Position numbers and translations under genes: made by a program. Below the pieces are notes generated by a model. It saw only the letters and a list, made by a program, of their open reading frames with translations, had not been told where the DNA came from and made no database searches. DNA of 64,000 bases from Aureliella sp. Its GTDB lineage: Bacteria > Planctomycetota > Planctomycetia > Pirellulales > Pirellulaceae. Where the stretch lies: positions 384,001 to 448,000 of the forward strand of contig OY829846.1 of the NCBI GenBank assembly GCA_963691875.1, read 5' to 3'. Of the stretch, positions 51,011 to 61,547 are shown one piece after another (the first letter of the stretch is position 1; every line of letters starts with the position of its first letter).

Positions 51011-51755
51011 GCCCTTTCAGGAAATCGCTTCATCAGGCCGGGCAATCCCAGCCTGATAAAACGCTGATTTTCTCACATGTTGTGTACCAAAAAAATCGGA
51101 GTGGCTCTTCGCCCAAATTTCTGGCCGACACAAAAATGCGTCAGAAAAGCTACAACCCAATACTCTTGTAGCGAGTAGAAAAATTACCACTCCCGTATGC
51201 TTCGGCCTTTTATACCCGCAACGTCCGAATTCCGGCCAAGATCCCGTCCATTGTTAAAATTCGGTTTCTGTCTCGTGTCGACGTCAAGTAACCGAGTGGG
51301 TTGAGGTTTCGATCTGTTGGGGCAAAGAGGCCGAAAAAATCGCCGCGAAGGCGAATCAGTTCCGCATGTGAGCTCGTAAGCACCGAAAGCAGGTATTTTC
51401 AGCAGGTTTTAATTTGAGTCAGAATCGCCACTCAGCACCGCTTACGTAGACCGAGCACAAAACGCTGAGATCGCATCAATTCATTAAATTTCCATGAAAA
51501 CGCTAACGCGGCTGTTTTGACCTTAGGGCTTGAATTTGTGATCGAGGTGCCAGCGAAATACCGGGCTTTGGCAAGAGCCCGATATCGTCAGTCGAGGCTC
51601 AAACGCGGAGGCATTTGATTATTGCGTCCAAACGCGACTAAAATCTCCGGTCATGATGCAGCGTGATGGACTGCACACGCGGAATCCTGAGCGATTTATA
51701 AAGCAAGTGTCCTCCGCTGTGACTCGTATGCCTCATTTGATTTCGGCCGTCGTTA

Positions 51756-52331
51756 ATGATCGCAAACGCAATAGAAGTTGATACTCAAAAGCAGTTTCTT
51801 AAGGCTAACAGGGCGGAAGACATTCTACCCCTAGTGTACGAACAGTTGCGTCAACTTGCTGAGAGCAAATTAGCCAACGAGGCATTTTGCCACTCTATGC
51901 AGGCGACGGCACTGGTTCACGAGGTCTATCTGCGTCTAACAGAACGCGATCCTGATTTGCAATGGAATGGTCGCAGTCATTTCTTTGGTGCTGCTGCGAT
52001 CGCTATGCGACGACTCTTGGTAGAGCGAGCACGCAAGCGCAAAACGTTGCGTCGAGGAAAAGACTTCGTGCGACAACCGCTCACAGAATTGGACCAGCTT
52101 GAGGCTCACCTTTGGAATCAGAGAGTGAACATTCTGGACCTAAATGACGCACTAGAAAAATTGGCGGAGCATAATGCTCGCCAGGCGCGACTTGTGGAAC
52201 TTCGTTTTCTTCTGGGCATGACCAACAAAGAGGCAGCTGAAGTTCTGCGCATCTCCAGTGCAACAGCAGACCTTGATTGGAGATATGCTCGCTCCTACCT
52301 GCAACTTGAACTCAGCTCAGATGAGCGTTGA
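51756..52331 (+). CDS. ECF sigma factor, planctomycete-type, kinase-associated
   Basis: LPLVYEQLRQLA; QATALVHEVYLRL; HFFGAAAIAMRRLLV; LVELRF; DWRYAR. Confidence 0.93.
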   Translation: MIANAIEVDTQKQFLKANRAEDILPLVYEQLRQLAESKLANEAFCHSMQATALVHEVYLRLTERDPDLQWNGRSHFFGAAAIAMRRLLVERARKRKTLRRGKDFVRQPLTELDQLEAHLWNQRVNILDLNDALEKLAEHNARQARLVELRFLLGMTNKEAAEVLRISSATADLDWRYARSYLQLELSSDER

Positions 52332-52452
52332 TTTTTGCTTTGGCCGCTAGGCCTGTCGAAAATGAGACGGGTGGATGGGCTCAGAAATAGAGGCATTCAG
52401 AGCGATGCTCGCACCGTCGAGCCAAACCTATAAAGACAGGTGGTAAATTGAA

Positions 52453-55400
52453 ATGTCCGTTTGTTCAAAAGTTAAAGAAGCGGATATTTTCCGCAAAGCT
52501 GTAGTGATTCTTGCCCCGAATGAAAGAGCCAGCTATCTCCGGCAGGCTTGTTATGGCGATGATAAGTTAAAGCGGCGGATTGAGAAACTGCTAGCCGCCG
52601 ATGCTGAGGAAACAGGTTTTCTGGAACTCGATGACACGAATCTGGGTGAAAGAAACAATGCAAAGTTCGCACAGCTGCCCAATCAGGCCTTTGGCTCTTA
52701 TCGCATTTTAAAATTCGTCGAGTCAGGAGGCACCTCGGACGTTTATCTTGGTGAGCAAACTCAGCCCTACCACCAACTCGCGGCGATCAAGATATTGCGC
52801 GCTAACCATCTCCAAACGAAGGTGGCAATTCGGTTTCAGAGAGAGTGTGAATTCCTCGGGGAGATGAGTTACCCGTCTATACCAAAACTATTCAATGCTG
52901 GGATCTCGGAATCTGGTCTTCCCTTCATGGCGATGGAGTAGGTGGATGGCAATCCAATCACTCAGTTTTGCAGGGAGCGTGAGTTGTCTGTCAGAGATCG
53001 GATCTCGCTATTTATCAAGGTCTGTCAGGGTATTCAGTATGCTCATGCTAAGTCGGTAATTCACCGTGATCTTAAGCCGGGAAATATTCTGGTGAGCGAA
53101 TATGGCGAGGTAGCAGAACCCAGGATCATTGATTTTGGTATCGCGAAATCGGCAGACAAAAAACTAGATCTCAGTGGAGATGAGACGCAAAGTCATGAAC
53201 TAGTTGGGACTGTTTCGTACATGAGTCCCGAGCACCTCAACCATCATACTGAAGTCGATACTCGAAGCGATATTTTTTCTTTGGGCGTTTTGCTCTACGA
53301 GTTGCTTACCGACGAACATCCGTTTTCGCAGCAAATTCGGACTGCCGAAAATCTTCAGAACGCGCTTCAGGTGATAGCAGAACACATTCCGCCCTGCCCC
53401 AGTCAACTCATCGCGACAATGGTAAAAGGACTACCTCGGGCTTCATCGAATCAAGCCGTATGTCGTGCGCTTCGGCGAGATGTCGACAAAGTCGTTCTCA
53501 AAATGCTTGAGAAGTCACCAGACGATCGCTACGGAACGATTTCTCAAGTGTCAGAAGACCTGCAGTGCTACCTTGATTGTCGTCCACTCGCGAATTGCTC
53601 TATGCCGCTTTACGCAGGTGCACTCCGGTGTTATAAGCGGAATTCAGTGCTTGTGAAAGCCTGTTGTTCGTTTTTGTTATTGGCATCTGCTTTAATTGGG
53701 ATTGCTGTTTGGGCCTGGCATGCTCGTGTGGAGGAACACCGCTTTAGCGAACGCCTGATTCTCATGAACGGTCAGTTGTCGGAGGCTCAACGAGTACAGG
53801 AAGAGTTAGAGCACTTGAGAACTTCCTTGCTGCCGCGAGTCATGGCATTAGCTGAAAAGGGAGAATTTTTGGAAGCATTCCTGCAGATCAAAGGGGCATC
53901 AGATAACGTCGATTTACGGCAAGATTTGCTCTTTCGAAAAGTATGGCAAGATGTCTCTGCAACTGTAAGTTGTCCGCAGTTACCGAACGGCACAACACTC
54001 TATGTTGCCCGTTCTGAGGCAGACGCTAACACATGGGTAGAACTTGGCATAACACCGTTTCACTTTAATGTGCCGAAAGGATATGTGCGAATCCGACTTG
54101 AACACCCCAACTATATTGCCCGCGAGATGGGACTCAATCTGTCAAAGGATTTTGAATGTATTCAAAAGGGGTTGCTTGAACTACGAGAGCATCATTGGCC
54201 AGGTATGTTGTTCATACCTGCCGCCAGCGACTCGATGACCGAGGTCTTTTCGGGGGATCTTATTTCTCATGACTTCTGGGTTGATCAATGCGAAGTTACG
54301 AATGAGGAGTTCCTAGAATTCATTGTTGCCGGTGGATATGAAAACGGTGAGTATTGGCAGCATCTTGAGCTGGTCCGCGACGGTGAAGCGATAGCCTGGA
54401 CTGAAGCGGTTTCGATGTTCAAGGATCGGACCGGAAATTTTGGACCTGCAAACTGGACCGATGGAAGATTTCCAGAGGGGGAAGCTAATTTCCCAGTGGA
54501 TGGCGTGAGTTGGTTCGAAGCGGCAGCCTACGCAAAATATCGCGGCAAGGTACTTCCTTCGGTCCAACATTGGCGATTCTTTTCGGTTTCTACAGATCCA
54601 CAAACGGTCTTGAGGTTCTGCAATTTCAGTGGTCGGATATCCAAAGTGGGGACACGCTCAGGAACGGGGTACCATGGCGCAAAGGATGTTTACGGAAATG
54701 TAAGTGAATGGTGCAGTAACTCGAACGAAAATGGGCTACGCGTGCTAAACGGCGCTGCTGCGAATGATCCTGATTACCTGTTCTGGTGTCCTAAATTCGC
54801 GAACCCGTAGGAGAGAAAATCGGGAAACGGCTTCCGTTGCATTCAGGTAGAGGATCTTGGTGAATACAAGAAGCTCAGTCGACAGCCGATTGAGAAACGA
54901 AGACCCGCCGATCTCGACCGCCATCGTGAACCGCTTCCGGATCTCAGGCAATGGTATCACTACCGAGCTGACCAGCCTCTGCACCCTGCGTTGATCAAAA
55001 GTGAAGAGGTTAAAGACAGTCACCGTGACTACCATCATGAAACCATTGAATTGGACACCGTCTACGACGAGAGCCGATTCAATCTTCATATTTTTACGCC
55101 ACACCAACAACGTTCGAACATCACCGTTATTTATTTGCCTGGCATCGGTCGATACAACAAGCCGATGAATTTTTCGCTTACGAATCGCTCCGACATCGAC
55201 GTAAAATTTGTCGATGAGCTCACTCAGAAAGGCCATAGAGTGGCTTATCCGATCTATCAGGGCTGCTACGAAAGATGGGTGAAGAGGCCGTCAAAACATT
55301 TTCAGATTGACGCCGCATCCGCGCAGGCATGCTGGATTCAATGCGTTCAAGACGCAATGTGTACTCTGGACTACCTGGAAAGTCGAGAAGATATAAATTC

Positions 55401-55749
55401 CGACGAAATGGTCGGCCTCGGTTTTAGCAATGGAGCCGATAAGCTGATCACTGCGTTGGCCATGGATTCCCGCTTCGATCGAGCCACTCTGCTCTCGGTA
55501 GGCTATCACAACTGACACAAGGACCGACCGATCATCGATTCCTTCCAGTATACGCCGCACATCCACCTGCCCGTTCTGTTGGTCACCGGCATCCACGACA
55601 ATCTCTACACCTATGAGAATTCTCAAATCCCATTGTTTAAGGACCTGGGGAGTCAAGACAAACTTCATGTTTTGATGGAGGGGGCCACGTTCCCGAGATC
55701 AACGAAGTGGTAACCCATGTGGATCGCTGGCTTCGTCGCGGCCGTTGAA
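52453..55749 (+). pseudogene. Ser/Thr kinase - TM - FGE-like - alpha/beta-hydrolase fusion, with three in-frame stops and a terminal frameshift
   Basis: HRDLKPGN, DFG, YMSPE; GNVSEW..GFRC; GFSNG. Stops at 52939 (TAG), 54808 (TAG) and 55513 (TGA) all in one frame; frameshift in a G-run near 55680. Confidence 0.9.
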
Positions 55750-55910
55750 ATCAGGCTGGTGATTCTTCTTGGTGAAAATCCGCACGTTTGCCAATTAAAA
55801 GCAAGGAAATGACTCGCAAAATACGCATTGAATCCAAGCCGGACGGTGTCACTTTGATCCCGTCAAGCTGAGTAGATTCGCTCGAATCCCCCCTAGTTGG
55901 AGTTTCGTCC

Positions 55911-56930
55911 ATGTTTTGCGTTAGATCGTCGTTTAAGTCTTTTGTTGTTCTCTTGTTCTGCATGCCGCTCGTTTTGGCGAGCGGTCAAGATTCTAAAACT
56001 GGAGATCAGGACCTCTCAGCTGTTTGGGACCAGTTCACCGGAGAATGGGTGCGTTACTCGGGCGACTGGATTCTGACCAAGAATATTACACGGGGCCAGG
56101 AGGTTTTTACTCGGCAGAACCAATATGGAACGCCTGACTTTGAGTATGTAAATCCGATGAAGATCGAAAACTCAAATGGCATTTATCTATTCACCAAATT
56201 GGACCCTGATACTCAGAAGCCCGTTTATAGAGGTGGTTTCAAGTTGCGGAACGGGTTGTTTTATGAAATGAGCGCGGGGATCTTGGCCGACCATGCGGGC
56301 AAGCCTCAAATCTGGGAATTTCGTCGTAGCGATGACCCCGTATTTCAGCTTCATCAAGCGTGCCGAGACGGTAACTTTGACAAGATCAAAGCCATACTTG
56401 ACGGTGGTTTGGACGCCGATAGCATGATGTGGAATTCGTACACACCTCTCGCGTATGCGGCTGCCGGTGGCCACATCGATGCGGTGAATCTTCTGCTCGA
56501 CAGCGGCGCTGAAATCAATCAACAAGGGAGATTCGGAAAAACGGCATTGAATCATGCGATTGGAGGAGGAAACCAGGACGTTTGTGCATTGCTGATCCAA
56601 TGCGGTGCTCAATTGGATATCCCGAATCAAAACGGCGCTAACCTGTTTCATGAAGCGGCCTTCTGGGGCCAACCGGCCATGATCCCGTTCCTGATCGAAA
56701 AGAAGATTGACCTTCATCATGCCAGCAAGGCAGGTGACTCTCCTCTGATGTATGCGATCAATAGAGCAAGCAGGACTGAAGATACTGAAAAACAGGCCAC
56801 CTTTTTGCGATGTGCTCAAGCGTTTGTCGAAGCGGGAGCCGATCCAGATCAGAAGAATAACAAGGGTGATAGCCCTCGGAGCAACGCAGAGGCCTCCAAA
56901 TTTGCGCCGGTAAAAGATTTTTTTAAATAG
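55911..56930 (+). CDS. Secreted ankyrin-repeat protein
   Basis: TPLAYAAAGGH; TALNHA; SPLMYA; GADPDQKN; signal peptide. Confidence 0.9.
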   Translation: MFCVRSSFKSFVVLLFCMPLVLASGQDSKTGDQDLSAVWDQFTGEWVRYSGDWILTKNITRGQEVFTRQNQYGTPDFEYVNPMKIENSNGIYLFTKLDPDTQKPVYRGGFKLRNGLFYEMSAGILADHAGKPQIWEFRRSDDPVFQLHQACRDGNFDKIKAILDGGLDADSMMWNSYTPLAYAAAGGHIDAVNLLLDSGAEINQQGRFGKTALNHAIGGGNQDVCALLIQCGAQLDIPNQNGANLFHEAAFWGQPAMIPFLIEKKIDLHHASKAGDSPLMYAINRASRTEDTEKQATFLRCAQAFVEAGADPDQKNNKGDSPRSNAEASKFAPVKDFFK

Positions 56931-57574
56931 TCGATGGCATTGCTTCCGTGACCAGCCGCTTGATCCGTGTGCCGGGGTGGAAACATGCGTTCCAGTTTTT
57001 CGACAAGCGGCCGCAAGATTTGGACGAGATCTATATTGGTTGGTTTGATAAGCATCTGCGTGGCGTTAGAAAAAATTAGTTACCGTTTTAGGTAACTGCC
57101 TTGATGGCAGGTCTCGCATAGAGCCAGGCAATTTCAAGAATCAATGAACTACCAAACTCTGAAAAATGGAAGATCGACGTCACGCGAGCCCGTATGCAAG
57201 TTGCCCACGAGACCTAAGCGACGATCGATCTTCGAAGACAAGCCAAACAGATGGGTTACAAGTGACTCTCAGGCGCTAATCGTGAAAATTACTACAGACG
57301 GGCGATGCTTCGGCAATGTCTCTTGGTGCTAGTGGAGTATCGCTCGTGAAGCAACTGACGAATATGCGGCCCCGCTCATCGAGCAATTACGAGATGTTGT
57401 TGACACTGAAGAAATTTAAATGGGGCAAAGCCATACAAAAAGATGAATGCGAAGCATTACCCGCTATTAACCCATTGGTAAAAGACCACTCTGCATTGTC
57501 ATGCAGAGTGGCATCGTAGAAATTGATGACACTTCACTCCTAATCATTGCACTCTTTAAATAAAGGAAGTCAAC

Positions 57575-58120
57575 ATGCGTCTATCCCAAAAGACCTATCG
57601 AGCGTTTTTTCTCACATCCATGCTGGTTTTTGGACAGCAACTTTTAGCACAAGACACCACGATGAGTCGCGAGCAAGCGAATGCTTTCTTCGAGATACAT
57701 CAGGGGCGATGGTGCGGTACGGTTCAATCCACCATTGGAGAAGCAGAGGTCAGCAAAGTCGACGCGGAGGCTCTGAATTACATCGATTTCGATTACGTCA
57801 AAGATAACGGCTTGTTAGTACTCAGGACTTATGGCCCACGCGGTGGCGGCCGTGGTACTTACCATTACGACTCGATCAAGAAACTCATCCGCGCTATCAA
57901 TCATGGTGTGGGTGGTGTCGTAACGCACCACGAAATTGTTCGAACAGGTAAGGATTGGGCACGAACCTCCACGCAGGTCCTTCCCGATGGTGCTACGAGG
58001 GAATTCAAGTCGACGATTAAGATTTTCGACAACAATCAGGCAATTAAGGTGGAAATCCATCAGCTGAAAGATGGAAAAGTCATTTCAACCCAGACGAATG
58101 TTTGGCGTCGAATTAAATAG
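57575..58120 (+). CDS. Secreted hypothetical protein (beta-rich, barrel-like)
   Basis: AAGGAAG RBS; signal peptide ending LLA-Q; GRWCG near the N-terminus. Confidence 0.75.
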   Translation: MRLSQKTYRAFFLTSMLVFGQQLLAQDTTMSREQANAFFEIHQGRWCGTVQSTIGEAEVSKVDAEALNYIDFDYVKDNGLLVLRTYGPRGGGRGTYHYDSIKKLIRAINHGVGGVVTHHEIVRTGKDWARTSTQVLPDGATREFKSTIKIFDNNQAIKVEIHQLKDGKVISTQTNVWRRIK

Positions 58121-58921
58121 AGCTTTAGTTCCGCGAGTCAACGCCCGCAGCGGCATTTGCGATTAGCGAACGAGCTGATCGTGAATGACGCTCGGAAAAT
58201 CGGATGCCCCGAGATAAACCTGAGGCTGCGATAGGCAAGATTGACTAGACGTCAGCTTGGATTGCCCGGTCACCGGGTAGGGACCATTTGTGATTGTTCG
58301 TGATACTTTTTCGTTTTGAATTGCTCGCTACTAAACCAACGGTAAATTGCTGTTGCTCTTTCGGTCGCAACCTAGGGAGTTGGGGCCTCCGGGTAGGCAA
58401 GGTAGCGGCCTGGTTTTGAATCTGGTCAGCTCCAGCGTGACAATCCTCTCCGGTGTCCACATGATCATCCGAACTCATCGATCCCGTTTAGCAAAAGGAA
58501 AAAAGCCAAACGGGCAGGCATAACCTACTAGGGATGACCGACAGCCAAGTCTCTTTGCGACTGTCCACAAGGCGCGGTCTCAAATACACCTCTTCCGGAT
58601 GAGGCAGACAAGGCATCACTCAAGCGTCAGATCAGAAGGCTCATGGGGATGCTGCTAGAGCCCGCCAGAAAAAGCGAGCGTGCACGGCTTACAGGCATCC
58701 GAATAATTTTGCTTTTTCTTTGCCGAATGATGTTTTTAGTCAGGTCAACGTGGCCTTGATTTCGCACTATCACGTAACCCCACTCACACAACCCCATATG
58801 AATTCGTCTTTGTCGCCTCGGCTCAACAGACTCGACTCGAAAAGTTCTTCTGCTACCGGTCGTAAAAGTTGAAGCTCAGGCTTTTCTTCCTAGTAATCGC
58901 AGATAGTGCGGAGTAAACAAA

Positions 58922-59758
58922 ATGTTTCGAACAATTACACACCTGAGAAGTTGGCAGCTTTGCGGCATCTTGGTGGCAACGACCTTTCCGATCGGAATGA
59001 GCACTACAGCCCAGTCAGTTGAAGGGCAAGCCACGCAAACATCCGCAGATGAAGCCCCCCTATTCGTCTGTAGGTTCATTGAAGTGTCATCAGAAAATGT
59101 AGCTGAATGGAAGCAGAAAGTAGCCGAGAAGAATGCGAAATTCGGTACGGCTGATGACCCATCCCGCTGGGGAACCTGGCGAATTATCACTGGCGAAAGA
59201 ACAAATCAATACGCGCGGGGGTTTTCGACGACTGCAGAGCTCTACTCGAATCCGAAACATGCCATCCAAGGTATGGCAGCAACCCGCGATCTTCCAGAAG
59301 CTGCTTACTGGCAAAAGCACGTCGCGCCACTGCAAGAGTCTACCGGAAATCAACAGATTTGGAAAATAATCCCAGGCCTGCAAGCGAAGCACCTAGATGC
59401 ATCTCAAACGCCAAAGTTTATGAAGCATCGTCGTTGGCGAATGAAGCCCGGCATGTATCAGCGTTTAGAGGCCAACTACAGTAAGCTGATCGAGGTGTAC
59501 AAGCAAATGGACCTCTCGTTCGACTTCCTCGTCGCGAGACTCTTTGATGGGGGAGACTTCATGATCTATGCGGAGACTTATGCTTTTGACAAGCTGAGCG
59601 AGTTACCGCAGATGGAACTGGTCAGCAAAGAGTTTAATCGGATCCATGGGGATGGTGCTTGGGATAAGTTCCTCGAGGAGCACAACCACGTAATGCAAGA
59701 GAATGCCATCGTCGAATCCGAAACATGGGCATATCAAGAAGAGCTAAGCAATCTTTAA
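58922..59758 (+). CDS. Secreted hypothetical protein, possibly a duplicated NIPSNAP-like alpha/beta barrel
   Basis: GGAG RBS; signal peptide; WRMKPG...LEA second-half pattern. Confidence 0.7.
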   Translation: MFRTITHLRSWQLCGILVATTFPIGMSTTAQSVEGQATQTSADEAPLFVCRFIEVSSENVAEWKQKVAEKNAKFGTADDPSRWGTWRIITGERTNQYARGFSTTAELYSNPKHAIQGMAATRDLPEAAYWQKHVAPLQESTGNQQIWKIIPGLQAKHLDASQTPKFMKHRRWRMKPGMYQRLEANYSKLIEVYKQMDLSFDFLVARLFDGGDFMIYAETYAFDKLSELPQMELVSKEFNRIHGDGAWDKFLEEHNHVMQENAIVESETWAYQEELSNL

Positions 59759-60198
59759 AGATTGAGGCAGCATGTGTCATGGTACTGCTCATTGAAGCGG
59801 AACTAGATGTCGCAATCCATCTTTTGAGCAGCTTGATCTGATCTGCGGTGACAACGCTAACCGCGGGACCGGCGGCCTTACCCGCCGGTCAACCGGTGAA
59901 CAAGATCGCCTGGTGAATTTCGGCAGGTTCTCCGATGAAAGCAGTGTTTTATGCAGTCCCATGAGTTTTAGCCGTTGGGTCGTTCAATGCTGCGTACTGA
60001 TGAAAGTCGATAAGTGTTCACCGTAACCCTGGGCTGATGATTTGCGTCGGATTGACGATTAAGAGCAAACCGTTCGTCGGCTACCCTCTGCCTTGCGAGA
60101 AGCGGAGGGTAGCTGAGCAGGGGCGATCGACACACGCACGGACGCTGTGATTTTACAAATCGTCTTGTTTGATGAGCAACCCATTACTTCACACTCCT

Positions 60199-60388
60199 GT
60201 CACAAGCGGCCACTCGAAGATCGAATTTGACGCTCGAACCAGAAAACTTTTCATCGATTGAACGTTGGAGAGTATCACGTCCGCCGCATTCTTAAACGGA
60301 CGATTATCGGAACCGGCAAGCCGCTGCTATCTCAGCACTTGCAAAAGTGAAATCTGCTTGCGAATTCTCGTGTAAGGCCCTGCACAGG
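60199..60388. repeat. Solo copy E of the IS left arm
   Basis: TGACGCTCGAACCAGAAAACTTTTC...GCTGCTATCTCAGCACTT...CCTGCACAGG matches 29785-29974. No right end or transposase seen. Confidence 0.88.
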
Positions 60389-60742
60389 TAGCACCTGAGT
60401 TCACTGATCCGAGCGTTTAACGCTGTGGAAAAAGCTGGGCATCAGGTTGGCTCCGACTCGCAGGTCGGTGCTGACTTCGGCTCAGTTTCAAGCGCGTTGA
60501 TATCACTATCCGAATCTCGTTGGCATCACTATGCGGGGAGCCAAAGAGAGTCGAAAATAGCTAGTGCTTTGCTGACATGGATTTGCGAGAATAATCTTGC
60601 TAGATTGAAGGCGAACAGAATGTTCTAAAGAGCGGATACTCGTGTCACTAAGATCCGACGTCAATCTGCATGGGCTGACGAGTCAAATGCTACATGACTC
60701 CAAAGATTGAGCCGTCGCCGACGGGAAGATGCTAGCTGAGTC

Positions 60743-61507
60743 ATGAGAACAACATCCAATGGCGAACATTTAAAAGCCTTTAAGACGGATGGCTTTGTGG
60801 CTATGCCGCAGTTTTTAGGCGGCGAAGAGCTAACAGAATTGCTCACGCACGTTGAACGTTTCATCAGTCGTATCGTTCCGAAGTTGCCGCCAGAGCACGT
60901 CTTTTACGAAGACAAAGACAAACCAGCGACGCTGAAGCAGATTCAGCACATGGGCGACCACGATCCGTGGTTTCACAAATTGTTTATTGGCAGCCGGTTC
61001 CGAGAGGTCGCCGAGTTGCTGCTGGACGGTCCAGTCGTACCGAAGAACATGCAGTATTTCAATAAGCCGCCGGACGTTGGGCATTCGACTCCGCCGCATC
61101 AGGACGGTTACTACTTCATGCTCGATCCGTGTGAAGCCGTCACGATGTGGTTCGCACTTGACGACGTAGATGAAAAGAACGGTTGCGTTCGTTACGTGCG
61201 CGGCTCACACCACCGCGGCATGCGTGCCCATGTGCGCACGAAAACACTCGGTTTCAGTCAAGGCATCTTCGGCTATCCGACCGATCAGGATCGTGAAGCT
61301 GAAATAGCGTTGCCGGCACAACCCGGCGACCTACTGGTTCACGATGCCATGACCATCCATCGGGCGGACGCAAACCGCTCCACCAACCGGACCCGCAGAG
61401 CGCTCGGATTTATCTACTACAGCGAGCGGGCTCGCGAAGACGAGGAAGCTCATGCCGCGTATCAACGACGACTCGCTGAAGACATGAAAACACAAGGAAA
61501 GATTTGA
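60743..61507 (+). CDS. Phytanoyl-CoA dioxygenase (PhyH) family protein
   Basis: YFNKPP; PPHQDGYY; NGCVRYVRGSH; IHRADAN; RRAL. Confidence 0.93.
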   Translation: MRTTSNGEHLKAFKTDGFVAMPQFLGGEELTELLTHVERFISRIVPKLPPEHVFYEDKDKPATLKQIQHMGDHDPWFHKLFIGSRFREVAELLLDGPVVPKNMQYFNKPPDVGHSTPPHQDGYYFMLDPCEAVTMWFALDDVDEKNGCVRYVRGSHHRGMRAHVRTKTLGFSQGIFGYPTDQDREAEIALPAQPGDLLVHDAMTIHRADANRSTNRTRRALGFIYYSERAREDEEAHAAYQRRLAEDMKTQGKI

Positions 61508-61547
61508 GACTCAATGGCCAATAACCATTGCATTAGGAAAACGCTTT

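Noticed and set aside
52453..55749. Stop-codon reassignment or readthrough in the kinase fusion
   Set aside because: The stops are mixed (TAG, TAG, TGA), appear to replace different residues, and there is also a frameshift. TAG and TGA terminate intact genes elsewhere in the window.
23086..60388. Dispersed repeats as a CRISPR array or integron attC sites
   Set aside because: Repeats are ~200 nt, kilobases apart and in both orientations. No cas or tyrosine integron-integrase gene is present, and the repeats are physically tied to a DDE transposase.
60743..61507. PhyH dioxygenase as MysH of the MAA pathway
   Set aside because: It is ~20 kb from the cluster, outside its flanking elements, and linked to a sialidase gene. 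The family is large and generic.
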